From Bdellovibrionota bacterium (lineage in GTDB: Bacteria; Bdellovibrionota_C; UBA2361; CAKMMH01): 64,000 nucleotides of DNA. A program made the translations under genes and the position numbers. The DNA lies in the NCBI GenBank assembly GCA_050952645.1, contig JBMNLI010000017.1:320001-384000 (forward strand), read 5' to 3'. This document shows positions 39,994 to 51,038 of the stretch, in pieces; the stretch's first letter is position 1, and every line of letters starts with the position of its first letter. The notes beneath the pieces were generated by a model, which was given only the letters and a program-made list of their open reading frames with translations, did not search any database and had not been told where the DNA came from.

Positions 39994-40959
39994 ATGGATA
40001 TTTTTAATAAAGCAAATATTTTAAATAGAATGAAGTTGTTAAAGGAAAGAGGCGTTCTTGGATTAAATGCAAGGAATGCTGAGATTATCTTGCCTCAAAA
40101 CGAAAGGAGGCTTTACCCTTTAGTAGATGATAAAGTGAAAACTAAAGAACTAGCGATGGCTAATAATATTCCTGTGCCAGAGATGTATTACGTAGTAAGG
40201 AGTCCTCGTGAAATAAAGACGGATTTTTTTAATGCTATAAGACCGTATAAAGAGTTTGCAATAAAGCCAGCTCATGGGCAATGTGGCGAGGGAATTATAA
40301 TAGTATCGGATGTAGTAAATGAGCACTACAAACTTATAGACGGCACGAGAATGACTAAAGAGGATATGATTTATGCACTCTCTACGATAATGAGCGGAGT
40401 TTTTAGTTTAGGTGGGCAACTAGACCAAGTGTTAGTAGAGTATAGAATTAAGTTTGATCCTGTGTTTGATGATATAACGTTTAGGGGAGTGCCAGATATA
40501 AGAGTTATAACTTATAGGGGAGTTCCTGCGATGTCTATGCTTAGGCTTCCTACTAGCTACTCGAACGGGAAAGCTAATTTGCATCAAGACGGTATTGGAG
40601 TTGGAATAAATATAAGCACTGGAAAATCGATGAAAGCAGTGTTTAGAAATCAAATAATTACTATACATCCAGATACTTTTGTAGATATTCAAGGGATTCA
40701 AATTCCGTATTGGGATAAGATTTTAGAGCTAGCATCTAGAAGCTATGAGGTGACTAATCTAGTTTATCAAGGCGTGGATATCGTAATAGATAAGGATTTA
40801 GGCCCTCTTATTTTAGAGTTAAATGCACGTCCTGGTTTAAATATTCAAATCGCAAATCAAAAAGGTATTCGTCATAGGCTAGAGTTAATAGATAAGCACA
40901 AAGATAATCTTAATACTTTAGAAGAAAGATTATCTTTTGCTAAACAATATTTTGTGTAA
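39994..40959 (+). CDS. Alpha-L-glutamate ligase-like ATP-grasp protein (RimK-related)
   Basis: GLNARN, VDDKVKTK, IKPAHG, GVPDIRVI, GKANLHQ, LELNARPGL. Confidence 0.93.
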   Translation: MDIFNKANILNRMKLLKERGVLGLNARNAEIILPQNERRLYPLVDDKVKTKELAMANNIPVPEMYYVVRSPREIKTDFFNAIRPYKEFAIKPAHGQCGEGIIIVSDVVNEHYKLIDGTRMTKEDMIYALSTIMSGVFSLGGQLDQVLVEYRIKFDPVFDDITFRGVPDIRVITYRGVPAMSMLRLPTSYSNGKANLHQDGIGVGINISTGKSMKAVFRNQIITIHPDTFVDIQGIQIPYWDKILELASRSYEVTNLVYQGVDIVIDKDLGPLILELNARPGLNIQIANQKGIRHRLELIDKHKDNLNTLEERLSFAKQYFV

Positions 40960-40993
40960 GTTTGTATAAGTTCATATCAGAAAGAATAATTTT

Positions 40994-41635
40994 ATGTTTA
41001 AGAATAATTCTAAAATAGTATTAGCATCGAGGTCTAAAAGGCGCATCGATTTTTTAAGAATGTTAGGAATAGAGTTTGAGATATGTGTAGGAAATGTAGA
41101 TGAAGATAAATATAGAGATATGATCCCTAGCAAAATGGTAGAGAAGCTTTCATTAGAAAAGGCGAAAGCCGCACTTAAAGAATACAAGAAAGAGTTTAGA
41201 AAAAAAAATGGTAAAGAAAAGCTTACAGAAGATTTAGATATTTGGTTTATAGGTGCCGATACGGATGTATCTTTAGGAGATAAATCTTTAGGGAAGCCTA
41301 AAAATTCTAGTGATGCCTTTAGGATATTAAAAACATTAGAGGGGAAAACGCATCAAGTGTTTAGTGCTTTTTCGCTTATAAATGAAAAGTTAAGAGTAAA
41401 GGAAGTGTTTTTAACTAGCAGTGATATTACGTTTGCTTCTTTATCAGATGATATTATTAAGGCGTATATAAATACGCATGAGTGTTATGATAAGGCTGGG
41501 GCTTATGCGCTTCAAGGCATTAGTAGTGCGTTTATAAGTTCGGTCAATGGCTCTTATTCTAGCGTTATAGGGCTAGATATGAACTTGCTTCGAGAAAAGC
41601 TGTTAGAATATGGTGTTATAGAGTGTAGGGGTTAG
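40994..41635 (+). CDS. maf: Maf family nucleoside triphosphate pyrophosphatase
   Basis: LASRSKRR, GADT, LGKP, DKAGAYALQG, SSVIGL. Confidence 0.95.
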   Translation: MFKNNSKIVLASRSKRRIDFLRMLGIEFEICVGNVDEDKYRDMIPSKMVEKLSLEKAKAALKEYKKEFRKKNGKEKLTEDLDIWFIGADTDVSLGDKSLGKPKNSSDAFRILKTLEGKTHQVFSAFSLINEKLRVKEVFLTSSDITFASLSDDIIKAYINTHECYDKAGAYALQGISSAFISSVNGSYSSVIGLDMNLLREKLLEYGVIECRG

Positions 41636-41940
41636 GGGGTAAAGAACTAATTTGACAATACACTCAATTAAATATTATACTGATCTAATGGTCTTAATTT
41701 GTTTTTTACTTAGGTCATTAGAGCCTTATCCTAGGTTTTAAAAATGCAATATTTCCACTAAGCAGTGAAAGGAAGAAAATGGTTGCACTGATAAGAAGAG
41801 CCATAAATGTTTTCACCAAAGGCTTTTAAAAAAAGTTCTTAAGCCTTAAGGGTAAATCTTTTTTTCTAAAACGATTATCGATATTTTTTTTAAAAGTTTT
41901 TTTATAAATTTTACCATAAAGAAAAGAAAGGAAGACTTTA

Positions 41941-42428
41941 ATGTCTGCTAAAAAGGTGGGAAAATCATACTTAATATTTTAAATATAAAGCACCTTATCG
42001 AATGTTGTGGCGAGCCAGAAGCTTATTATGATAATACACGGCATACTATAATTTCAAAGGATGGTGATTGGGTATTCGTTATAAGAGACGATGATCCCTA
42101 TAAGCAATTATGCTATAGAAAGAAAGACTTTTTCAAAAATTTTCAAATTGCAAAATCTCAAGTTGAAGGTGATAAAAAATATGTAAAAAATGATCCTACT
42201 AGTTTATTTTGCATCAAAATTGGAAGTAAAGTGCGAATTTCTACAATAGAGCATATTATGCAAAAAGGTGACATTGTTTTTCTTAAAAGAACGAATGAAA
42301 GACGTGTTGTTAGCGAAATTCCTATATTTATAGGTAGCTATTTTGGGCTTCACGGTGATTCTAGCTTATCTTTCTTAAATGCGGGTGCCACTCTCATTCT
42401 AGTGAAAAATAAATCACTATTAAAGTAA
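41941..42428 (+). CDS. Hypothetical protein (about 162 aa) with a probable frameshift in the A-run at codon 4-5
   Basis: AAGGAAG plus ATG at 41941. The frame is open from 41952 to TAA at 42428, and one extra A would join the two. A terminator follows. Confidence 0.55.
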
Positions 42429-42456
42429 AATTATTGAAAACTTTTTCAAGCGACTA

Positions 42457-42530
42457 AAAACGCCCCCCCCCCGAAGCTAAAGGCTATTAACGAGCGTAGC
42501 TTTTAGGGGGGGAGCTTTTCTTTTTTCTTT
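42457..42530 (+). terminator. Intrinsic terminator
   Basis: C-run/AAGCTA...TAGCTT/G-run stem followed by a T-rich tail. Confidence 0.7.
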
Positions 42531-42719
42531 GTTTTATTTTCTTTTTCTATAAATTTACCTTTAAAATTAGTCTTTTTTGATGTAACCTAAAACTTATAAT
42601 TAGCATAGATATATTAACGTATTATATTTTCTTTAAGATATTCTTTAAGGGATTTTCTCTTTTATTTTTAAGAGATTAATATACTAAATAAACATTATTT
42701 TAATTCAAGGTAATAAAAA

Positions 42720-45254
42720 ATGGATAAAAAAACCCCATACCAAGCGATAGATTTTGAAAAAAAATGGCAAGAAAATTGGGAAAAAAACAAAACGTATTCG
42801 GTTGCTTCTAAAGAACTAAAGGATAGACCTCCTTACTATTGTCTAGATATGTTCCCATATCCATCTGGTGCAGGGCTTCACGTAGGCCACTGGAGGGGCT
42901 ACGTGTTAAGCGATGTTATAGCTAGATATAAAATGCTTCAAGGCTACAAAGTGCTCCACCCGATGGGTTGGGATAGTTTTGGACTTCCAGCGGAAAATTA
43001 CGCCATAAAAACTGGCGTTCAGCCACAAGAAAGCACTAAACAAAATATAGCTAATATGAAAAGACAGCTTAAAGAAATAGGCTGCATCTACGATTGGGAT
43101 CACGAGATTGCAACCTCTCATAAAGATTACTATCGTTGGACACAATGGATATTCTTACAAATGTTGAAAAAGGGTCTAGCTTACAAAGAAGAGTATCCCG
43201 TAAATTGGTGCAATAATTGTAAAGCAGTTTTAGCTAATGAGGAAGTAGAGGGCGGAAAATGCGAACGTTGTGGCACTAATCAAATAGAAACAAGAACTAT
43301 AAACCAATGGATGCTTCGTATTACAAAGTATGCCGATAGGCTTATAGATGATTTAGATAGTCTCGATTGGCCAGAGAAAGTTAAAGAGATGCAAAGAAAT
43401 TGGATAGGACGCTCGTATGGTGCAACTATAAAATTTAAACTAAAAGATGTAAATATAGATTTTGAGGTTTTTACTACTAGAATAGATACGCTTTTTGGTG
43501 CAACTTATATAGCTATAGCTCCCGAACACCCTTTATTAAAAGATATAGTTTCTAAAGAACGTGGAAAAGAGGTTCAAGATTATATAAAAAGCGTGAAAAC
43601 CACTTCTAATGTAGAAAGAAATAAAGAAGATAAAGAAAAAACTGGAGTGTTCACTGGTGCCTATGCGATAAACCCTTGCAACGATGAAGCAATCCCTATT
43701 TGGGTAGCTGATTACGTGCTTATGGACTATGGAACTGGAATTATTATGGCAGTTCCAGCGCATGATGAACGAGATTTTGCATTCGCAAAAAAATTTAATA
43801 TTCCCATTAAAGAGGTAATATATTCTAAAAATGCTATTAGAAATGAAGATGAAAGTTTAAAAGAAGCTTACACGGGACAAGGAGAGCATATAAATTCTTC
43901 CTATATCGACGGGCTAAATGTAGAAGATGCAAAAGAAAAAATGGTTAGTGAGCTTTCAAAAAAAGGTCTAGCAGAAAAAAAAGTTAATTACCATTTAAGA
44001 GATTGGATTTTTGCGCGTCAAAGATATTGGGGAGAGCCGATCCCTGTCGTGTATTGTGAAAAATGTGGAATAGTAGCCGTAGATGAAAAAGACTTGCCTA
44101 TAACGTTGCCTTACATTGAAGATTATAAACCGACTGGCACACTTTCATCGCCACTAGCAAAAGCTACAGATTGGGTTAATACTACTTGCCCTAAATGTGG
44201 AGGAGCTGCAAAAAGAGAGACCGACACTATGCCTCAATGGGCCGGGTCTTGTTGGTATTTTTTAAGATACGTTTCTCCTAGATATGAAGAGGCTTTCGTA
44301 AATCCTAAAGATGCTAAAGAGTGGCTTCCTGTAGATATGTACGTAGGTGGTATAGAACACGCCGTGCTACATTTATTATACGCAAGATTTTGGACTAAGT
44401 TTTTATATGATGAAGGGTTAATCGATTTTAATGAGCCGTTTACTAAATTATTTAATCAAGGCATGGTGCTTCGTTATGCTTACCATTGTGATAAGTGTAA
44501 TAAATGGCTCGATGTATCTGAGCTAGGAAAAGAGGAAACTTGTCCTACCTGTAATGAAAAAGTTAGTAAAACTATGGAGAAAATGAGCAAGTCTAAGCTT
44601 AACGGTGTTTCCCCAGATGATTTAAAAACGGAATATGGAGTAGATTCTCTAAGGCTTTACGAGTTATTTATGGGAGACCCAGCACTAGATTCTTTGTGGA
44701 ATGATGATGGTATAAAAGGTTGTTATGCGTTTTTAAAGAGAGTTTGGAGTTTTGTTTGTGACAATGATTATGCAAAAGAAAGTTCGATGCAAGCAAAGAA
44801 ATTAACTCATAAACTTATAAAAAAAGTTTTAGAAAGAATGGAGGCTTTTAAATTAAATACTGCGATAAGTGCTTTTATGGAATTTATAAATGAGGCATCA
44901 ACTATAAAGCAAGAGTTTTCTAAAGATCTTATAGAAGCTTTTTTAATAACTCTTTCTCCATATGCCCCATACGTAGCAGAAGAATTATGGCATGAAAAAT
45001 TAGGCAATAGTTCATCTATCTTTTATGAGCTTTTTCCAAAATACGATGAAGAACTTGCAAAAGAAGACTTGCTAGAACTTCCCGTGCAAATAAACGGTAA
45101 ATTAAGAGATGTGATAAGTGTCGATTTTGATTTGCCAGAAGAAGAGATAAAGGAAAAAGTTTTTGCCTCTTTAAAAGTTCAAAAATATTTAGAGGGAAAA
45201 GAACCTAAAAAATTTGTTTACGTTAAAAATAAGATAGTAAGTTTAGTTATTTAA
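42720..45254 (+). CDS. leuS: Leucine--tRNA ligase
   Basis: MFPYPSGAGLHVGH, GWDSFGLPAEN, VFTTRIDT, RQRYWGEPIP, GGIEHAVLHLLYARF, KMSKS. Confidence 0.99.
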   Translation: MDKKTPYQAIDFEKKWQENWEKNKTYSVASKELKDRPPYYCLDMFPYPSGAGLHVGHWRGYVLSDVIARYKMLQGYKVLHPMGWDSFGLPAENYAIKTGVQPQESTKQNIANMKRQLKEIGCIYDWDHEIATSHKDYYRWTQWIFLQMLKKGLAYKEEYPVNWCNNCKAVLANEEVEGGKCERCGTNQIETRTINQWMLRITKYADRLIDDLDSLDWPEKVKEMQRNWIGRSYGATIKFKLKDVNIDFEVFTTRIDTLFGATYIAIAPEHPLLKDIVSKERGKEVQDYIKSVKTTSNVERNKEDKEKTGVFTGAYAINPCNDEAIPIWVADYVLMDYGTGIIMAVPAHDERDFAFAKKFNIPIKEVIYSKNAIRNEDESLKEAYTGQGEHINSSYIDGLNVEDAKEKMVSELSKKGLAEKKVNYHLRDWIFARQRYWGEPIPVVYCEKCGIVAVDEKDLPITLPYIEDYKPTGTLSSPLAKATDWVNTTCPKCGGAAKRETDTMPQWAGSCWYFLRYVSPRYEEAFVNPKDAKEWLPVDMYVGGIEHAVLHLLYARFWTKFLYDEGLIDFNEPFTKLFNQGMVLRYAYHCDKCNKWLDVSELGKEETCPTCNEKVSKTMEKMSKSKLNGVSPDDLKTEYGVDSLRLYELFMGDPALDSLWNDDGIKGCYAFLKRVWSFVCDNDYAKESSMQAKKLTHKLIKKVLERMEAFKLNTAISAFMEFINEASTIKQEFSKDLIEAFLITLSPYAPYVAEELWHEKLGNSSSIFYELFPKYDEELAKEDLLELPVQINGKLRDVISVDFDLPEEEIKEKVFASLKVQKYLEGKEPKKFVYVKNKIVSLVI

Positions 45255-45336
45255 CTTAAGATAATTTAAAAGTCTAAAAACAGTTATATAAATTACTAAA
45301 TAACTATTAAATAATTATTAAACAATTACTAAGCGT

Positions 45337-45446
45337 ATAGCATACGTAAATACGTATTCGTTAAAAAAAGGCAAATACTAGTTTTAGGCTAAGTTTTAGC
45401 TCTTAAAAACATAGCATACGTAAAACAAGAAAAAGTTTAGGTTTTG
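45337..45446. repeat. Dispersed MITE-like intergenic repeat
   Basis: ATAGCATACGTAAA occurs twice. The segment is colinear with 21172-21267 and 7605-7691. Confidence 0.65.
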
Positions 45447-45485
45447 TGGTTTTAATTTTATAAATATATCTTTTATAAATATTTT

Positions 45486-48191
45486 TTATAAAGCCTTAAA
45501 AACCGTTTCTAGTTTTTCAATACTTTCTTTTATTTCTAGTAAATTTTTCTGTTCCTTGTGGACTAATTCGCTAGGAGCATTTTTTACAAAATTTTTATTA
45601 CTTAGTTTAGCCTCTAAATCGTTTAACGTTTTTCGTAGTTTTTCTATTTTAAGACTAAGTTTTGGTTTAACATCTTCTATTGAAAGTGTGCTAGGTTTTT
45701 CTACATAACAAATCCCACCGTTAAATGCTAGTGGAATATAGTTTGAATTTACCTTATCATCTTTTATTAAAGATACGTTAAAAATATTTACTAATGCTCT
45801 AACTTTATCTTCTATATCACAATAATATTTTTCTAAGTTTTTATCTAAAATTTTCAAAGCGATATTTAGCTCTAAATTTAGCGGTAAATTTAAAGTTTGT
45901 TTAAAATTTTTTAATGATGTTGTAGTGCCTTTTATAATATTTATAATATCTAGAGCCTCTTTATCATCTTCTAGGGCATCTGCTTTTGGCCAAGAAGCGG
46001 TTGCTAAAAACTGCTCTTTATTTCCCGTGGTAGCTTTATCACAAATGCCTAGCTCTATTAAATTTTGCCATAAACTTTCAGTGATAAATGGTATGTATGG
46101 ATGAAATAATTTTAAAATATTTTTCTTTATATAAAACACTATTGCGAGCGTGTCTTTATTGTCGCTATTTTTTAATCTTTGTTTTATTATTTCTAAATAC
46201 CAATCGCAGTAATCTAGCCAAAAAAATGAGTTGATAATATTAAATGCTCTAGCAAAATTTGATTCAGATAACGCTTTATCATGTTCGAGAATAGTCTCTT
46301 TTAGTCTTGAGGCTATCCATCTATCCTCAGGTTCTTTGAACTTAATTTCTTTAGAATTATAAGAAAACTTATCTTTATTTAAATTCATCAAAACGAGCTT
46401 TGTAGCATTCCAAAGTTTTGTAATAAGCGAGCGCCCCTCTTCATAATTTCTTTGTCCGATTTTGCAATCTTGTCTTCCTAGAGGATACCTTGGAAGCATG
46501 CTAGCTCTTATAGCATCTGCTCCGTATTCATCGAAAAGTTTTATAGGGTCTTCTGAGTTTCCTAAAGATTTAGACATTTTTCTTCCTTGGCTATCTCTTA
46601 CTAATCCGTGGAGAACGAGAGTTTTAAATGGGATATCTTTCATAAGAGAAAGACTAGCCGTCATCATTCTAGTAGCCCAGAAAAAGATTATATCTCTTCC
46701 ACAAAGAAGAAAGCTTGTAGGAAACCAAAAGTTAAGGTCTTGAGTATTATCTGGCCAACCTAGAGTGCTAAATGGCCAAAGTTGAGATGAAAACCAAGTG
46801 TCGAGCACGTCTTCATCTTGTGTAATATTTTTGCTTTTACATTTTGTGCATTCCGTAGGGTCTTTCTCTTCGCACATAATCTCGCCACAATCTTTACAAT
46901 AAAAAACGGGAATTCTGTGTCCCCACCAAATTTGACGACTAATGCACCAGTCTTTTATATTGTTAAGCCAAGTGTAAAGATCGTTTTTTTCAGTATCGGG
47001 AATGATTTGAATTTTGCCATCTTCTATAACTTTGATTACCTCTTTAGTTAAATCTTTCATATCGAGAAACCATTGAAGAGAAACGTAAGGCTCTATAAGA
47101 GTGTGGCATCTGTAGCATTCACCTACGGAATGTTTGTAGTCTTTAGTTTCTTTTAGAAGGTTTAAGCTTTCCATTTTTTCTATTACTAATTTTCTAGCTT
47201 CTTCTCTCGTTTTCCCTTTAAACTCCTCTCCTGCGGCCTTAGTCATTTTTCCATCTTCGCCTATAACTTTGAGAATTTCTAAATTATGTTTTAATCCCAT
47301 TTCGTAATCGTTAGGGTCATGAGCAGGAGTTACTTTTACGAGTCCCGTTCCAAACTCTTTATCTACAAAATCATCTTTTAAAATTGGGATAAGCCTATTT
47401 ACTATTGGAACTATCACTTTTTTACCGTGAAGAAAAGTGTATCTTTCATCTTTAGGGTTAACCGCTATAGCCATATCGCCTAACATCGTTTCAGGTCTAG
47501 TAGTAGCTATTGTGATATATTCTTTTGTTTGGTTTCCGTTATCGTCTGCTATAGGATATTTTAAATACCAAAGATTTCCTTTTCTTTCGTAATGTTCTAC
47601 CTCATCGTTTGCTAGAGCAGTTTTACATCTTGGGCACCAGTTTATCATTTTCTTTCCACGATAAATTAGCCCTTTATTGTAGTAAATAACGAAAGCTTTT
47701 CTTACGGCCTTATAAAGCCCTTCGTCCATAGTGAATCTAAGGCGAGACCAATCGCATGAAACGCCTAATCTTTTTAATTGATTTATGATAATCTCGCCTT
47801 TTTCTTGTTTCCATCCCCATATTTTTTCTATAAATTTTTCTCTTCCTAAATCGTGTTTAGTTAGTCCCTCTTTTTTTAACTCTCTTTCTACAACATTTTG
47901 TGTAGCGATACCTGCATGGTCGGTCCCTGGGATCCAAACCGTGGCAAACCCTCGCATTCTATGCCATCTAACCGTGATATCTTGTGCAGTATTATCTAAA
48001 ACGTGTCCCATATGGAGAATGCCCGTAACGTTTGGTGGTGGAATTACTACGCAGAAAGGTTCTTTCGTTTTATCTACTACTCCTTCAAATAATTTTTCTT
48101 TTTGCCAAAGGTTGTATATTTTTTCTTCTTCAGTTTTAAAATCAAAAAATTTCGGAATGTTTCGTTCTTTACTAATATTTTTATTTGTCAT
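45486..48191 (-). CDS. valS: Valine--tRNA ligase
   Basis: PPPNVTGILHMGH, DHAGIATQ, ATTRPETM, DWCISRQIWWGHRIP, DVLDTWFSS, KMSKS, C-terminal coiled coil. Confidence 0.99.
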   Translation of the reverse strand: MTNKNISKERNIPKFFDFKTEEEKIYNLWQKEKLFEGVVDKTKEPFCVVIPPPNVTGILHMGHVLDNTAQDITVRWHRMRGFATVWIPGTDHAGIATQNVVERELKKEGLTKHDLGREKFIEKIWGWKQEKGEIIINQLKRLGVSCDWSRLRFTMDEGLYKAVRKAFVIYYNKGLIYRGKKMINWCPRCKTALANDEVEHYERKGNLWYLKYPIADDNGNQTKEYITIATTRPETMLGDMAIAVNPKDERYTFLHGKKVIVPIVNRLIPILKDDFVDKEFGTGLVKVTPAHDPNDYEMGLKHNLEILKVIGEDGKMTKAAGEEFKGKTREEARKLVIEKMESLNLLKETKDYKHSVGECYRCHTLIEPYVSLQWFLDMKDLTKEVIKVIEDGKIQIIPDTEKNDLYTWLNNIKDWCISRQIWWGHRIPVFYCKDCGEIMCEEKDPTECTKCKSKNITQDEDVLDTWFSSQLWPFSTLGWPDNTQDLNFWFPTSFLLCGRDIIFFWATRMMTASLSLMKDIPFKTLVLHGLVRDSQGRKMSKSLGNSEDPIKLFDEYGADAIRASMLPRYPLGRQDCKIGQRNYEEGRSLITKLWNATKLVLMNLNKDKFSYNSKEIKFKEPEDRWIASRLKETILEHDKALSESNFARAFNIINSFFWLDYCDWYLEIIKQRLKNSDNKDTLAIVFYIKKNILKLFHPYIPFITESLWQNLIELGICDKATTGNKEQFLATASWPKADALEDDKEALDIINIIKGTTTSLKNFKQTLNLPLNLELNIALKILDKNLEKYYCDIEDKVRALVNIFNVSLIKDDKVNSNYIPLAFNGGICYVEKPSTLSIEDVKPKLSLKIEKLRKTLNDLEAKLSNKNFVKNAPSELVHKEQKNLLEIKESIEKLETVFKAL

Positions 48192-48457
48192 ATTTTTTTT
48201 ACCTAGTTTACAAGTTTAATTGTATTAGAATTTTATTTTTTAAAGCTTAATTTTACAAGCTTTTTTTTAGTTTATAAAGATATATAATTGATATATAAGT
48301 ATTTAACTCTCTTTTTTGGTTAAAGGCAAATCTCTTGATATGGTATTTTAAAAAATATATTATTTTATAGCACTAATTTTACAGTATAAGTTTTTTCTAG
48401 TATAAGTTTTTCTAGTGCATAATTTAGTAAAAGTATTTCTTTTTAAAAAATATTTAT

Positions 48458-49065
48458 ATGAAATTTCTTTATTTTGATTTAGATAAAAATGTAGATAAGA
48501 AAACAGGTGATACTATAGAGAGAGTAGAGAGCTTTCTTAAGTTATTATCTAAGGAGGAAATTTGTAAAGCAGATGGTATAAAATCTAAAAAAGAAAGATG
48601 CAATATATTGTAGCAAGGGGGCTTTTAAGAAGTTATTTAAGTAAAAAATTAAGTAAGCCTAGCAGTGAGATAAATATAAGTGTAGCAAAAAACGGTGCAA
48701 TTTTAGTGCATGAGATTTATAACGATAGTAAAATTTTTGCTAGTATTTCTCATAGTGAAAGTAAGGTTATCGTAGCGTTAGATAATTTTCCACTAGGTGT
48801 AGATGTAGAATATAAGAAAGAGCGGAAAGATTTTTTAAAACTAGCTAAGTATGCGTTTAATGAAAGAGAAGAGTTTTTGAAAATTAAGAACGCTAAAACC
48901 CCTAAAATGCAAATGGAGCTTTTTTATAAGGGTTGGACTAAAAAAGAGGCCTTATATAAATTAAATTCTTTATTAGAAAATTATAATTTTAAGCTAGACT
49001 CGCAAAAAATAAAATTTATCGAAAAAAAACTTTTTGATAATTACGTAGTTATGGTAGCTAGGTAA
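48458..49065 (+). CDS. Sfp-type 4'-phosphopantetheinyl transferase, probable frameshift near 48590
   Basis: LSKEE upstream in another frame, then YIVARGLLR, SISHS, LGVDVE, WTKKEALYK. Confidence 0.88.
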
Positions 49066-49417
49066 AAAAGGGTAAAGAGAAGATAAAGAGAAGATAAAGA
49101 AAAGAGAAAGAGAAGGCAAAGAAAAAAAAGGGGAAAAGAAAAAAGAGGAGCCAACCAAAGAAAATAAAAGTAAAAGTAAAAATAAAAGTAAAGGCTTTCT
49201 CTTAAAAATAATCGTAGATGTAAATGTTGATGTAAACTAATGTAAATGTAAAAAATTATTTTTTTGATTATAATTTTATTATCTTTTAAAATAATCTATT
49301 AACGTATTTGTAAATATGGGGAGAAAAGCACACTTTGTGTTTTTTATAGTGTTTTTAAATCAAGGTTAGTTTTCACCATCCTAACGCTTAAGGAAACTTA
49401 AGTTTAGGAGAAGTTAA

Positions 49418-49532
49418 ATGTCTGATAACCAAAACAACCAAGAGTCCTTTAAAGGCGGGCTTCAAGCGTTTTTAACATCTAAAAACGGTATTTAGAAAGG
49501 CTTTTGGGTTTATTGTTCCTAAAGACTCCTAA
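49418..49532 (+). CDS. Candidate small protein (25 aa to 49495, or about 37 aa if one A is an error)
   Basis: AGGAG RBS; MSDNQNNQESFKGGLQAFLTSK; upstream TTGATT-N17-TAAAAT (49264-49292); downstream terminator. Confidence 0.4.
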
Positions 49533-49599
49533 GTCGATTTTTTCGATTTAGTTTTCTTTCTTTAAAGCTTAAGCAAAAAATTAAGCAAAAAACGTAAAC

Positions 49600-49660
49600 A
49601 AAAAAGAAGCCACTTTGTACTTTATAGGTTTTTTAAAACACAAAGTGGCTTCTTTTTTTA
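49600..49660. terminator. Bidirectional intrinsic terminator
   Basis: AAAAAGAAGCCACTTTGT...ACAAAGTGGCTTCTTTTT perfect stem. Confidence 0.85.
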
Positions 49661-49676
49661 TTTTTTTTATTTTTAA

Positions 49677-51038
49677 TTATTCAATACGTGCGCACGGGCT
49701 AGAAATAGTCCAGCAATTCCATTTATTCCCGATTTTACAACGCAATATAGATGGAGTTTTAAAAGAACGACAAGTCGAGCGTGCTCTCCAATGTTGTCTT
49801 TTAACGCCTCCCCAAGGGTTTGCACCTTGTGAGCTACACCACATATCTTCAGATTTTGAATTATCGCTAGCTACAACTTGGCAAGTTGAAGCCTTGTTAT
49901 AAATTGGAAGTATCGCTACCGAAACGTGTCCATAGGCTTCGCCAACTCCTTTCCATAAAAAGCCATTTCCTTTGCCTCGATTAGTATCACATTGAACGGC
50001 TTTAGAATTAGTGCTAGTGCTAGTTTTAGCTAATTTAAACATTTCAGATTTTTTTACTAAATTGATATTTTTAGGTTTTATATTTCCAAAAACGTTTGAA
50101 ACCGCATTAAATTGCACATTTTTCTTCGTAGTTATATTATAATTATAAAATTTACCTCTACTTTTGTAGTTAAAACCTAGGGCGTTGTTAGCATAAGAAG
50201 GAGTGATGCTATACATATTATCAGTTATTACTACGGCTCTAGGAAGATTATATCGTGCAGTGCCTTCTTTTAGGTTATTTATATTTTTTAAGAATATTAC
50301 TTGAGTTTTATTATTTTTAGCAGCTTTTCTTACGAAACCTATCTCGTCTTTACCATCATTGTTTATATCTAAAGCTATAATGCTACCTTGGGTCGTGCTT
50401 TTACCGCCGAATCTAACGCCTCTATATTTAACGCTTGAATTTTTATCGACTACATCTATAAAGAACGGTTTTTTATTTAATTGTTTTTTAGCGACTATTT
50501 GCATTTCTCCATTGCCTAATACGTCTGCACAGATAATAGAGTTATAACCTTTTCTAGGAAGCCTAATTCTCGTATTTACATTGTTTATAGTATTTCTATA
50601 CGTAACTCGATTTCTGTCTGTATTTACGACTGCTAGTTCTGTTATTCCATCGCCATCAAAATCGCAACCCGTTAAAACGTATGCAACGCTATTTCCAAAT
50701 ATAGTATTCGTATGAGTATTATTATAAAACCACTTTATCTTTTTCTTATCTATTTGAACGAATGCTTTATTTGAGCGAGGGTATCTATCGTTTTCCTCTT
50801 CGTACATAAACGTAGCGTTTATAGGTCGAGATACTTTTGCCGTCCCTATTAAATCTCTGCTTAGAGGGCCGTCTGTTGAAAAATTTGAAACTAAAACTTT
50901 TTTCCCTGAGTTAGCGTATAAGTAAAGCTCGGTATTTTTGCCATCAAAGTTTGGTGATACGTGCATTTCTAATACTGCAAAACTAGCATTTGCAATACAA
51001 AAGAATGCTAGCAAAAATAGTGTAATTCGTTTTCTCAT
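49677..51038 (-). CDS. Secreted FG-GAP/VCBS-type repeat protein with a Cys-rich C-terminal domain
   Basis: Signal peptide; DFDGDGITEL, DVLGNGEMQI and DINNDGKDEI loops; 7 Cys in the last about 105 aa. Confidence 0.8.
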   Translation of the reverse strand: MRKRITLFLLAFFCIANASFAVLEMHVSPNFDGKNTELYLYANSGKKVLVSNFSTDGPLSRDLIGTAKVSRPINATFMYEEENDRYPRSNKAFVQIDKKKIKWFYNNTHTNTIFGNSVAYVLTGCDFDGDGITELAVVNTDRNRVTYRNTINNVNTRIRLPRKGYNSIICADVLGNGEMQIVAKKQLNKKPFFIDVVDKNSSVKYRGVRFGGKSTTQGSIIALDINNDGKDEIGFVRKAAKNNKTQVIFLKNINNLKEGTARYNLPRAVVITDNMYSITPSYANNALGFNYKSRGKFYNYNITTKKNVQFNAVSNVFGNIKPKNINLVKKSEMFKLAKTSTSTNSKAVQCDTNRGKGNGFLWKGVGEAYGHVSVAILPIYNKASTCQVVASDNSKSEDMWCSSQGANPWGGVKRQHWRARSTCRSFKTPSILRCKIGNKWNCWTISSPCARIE

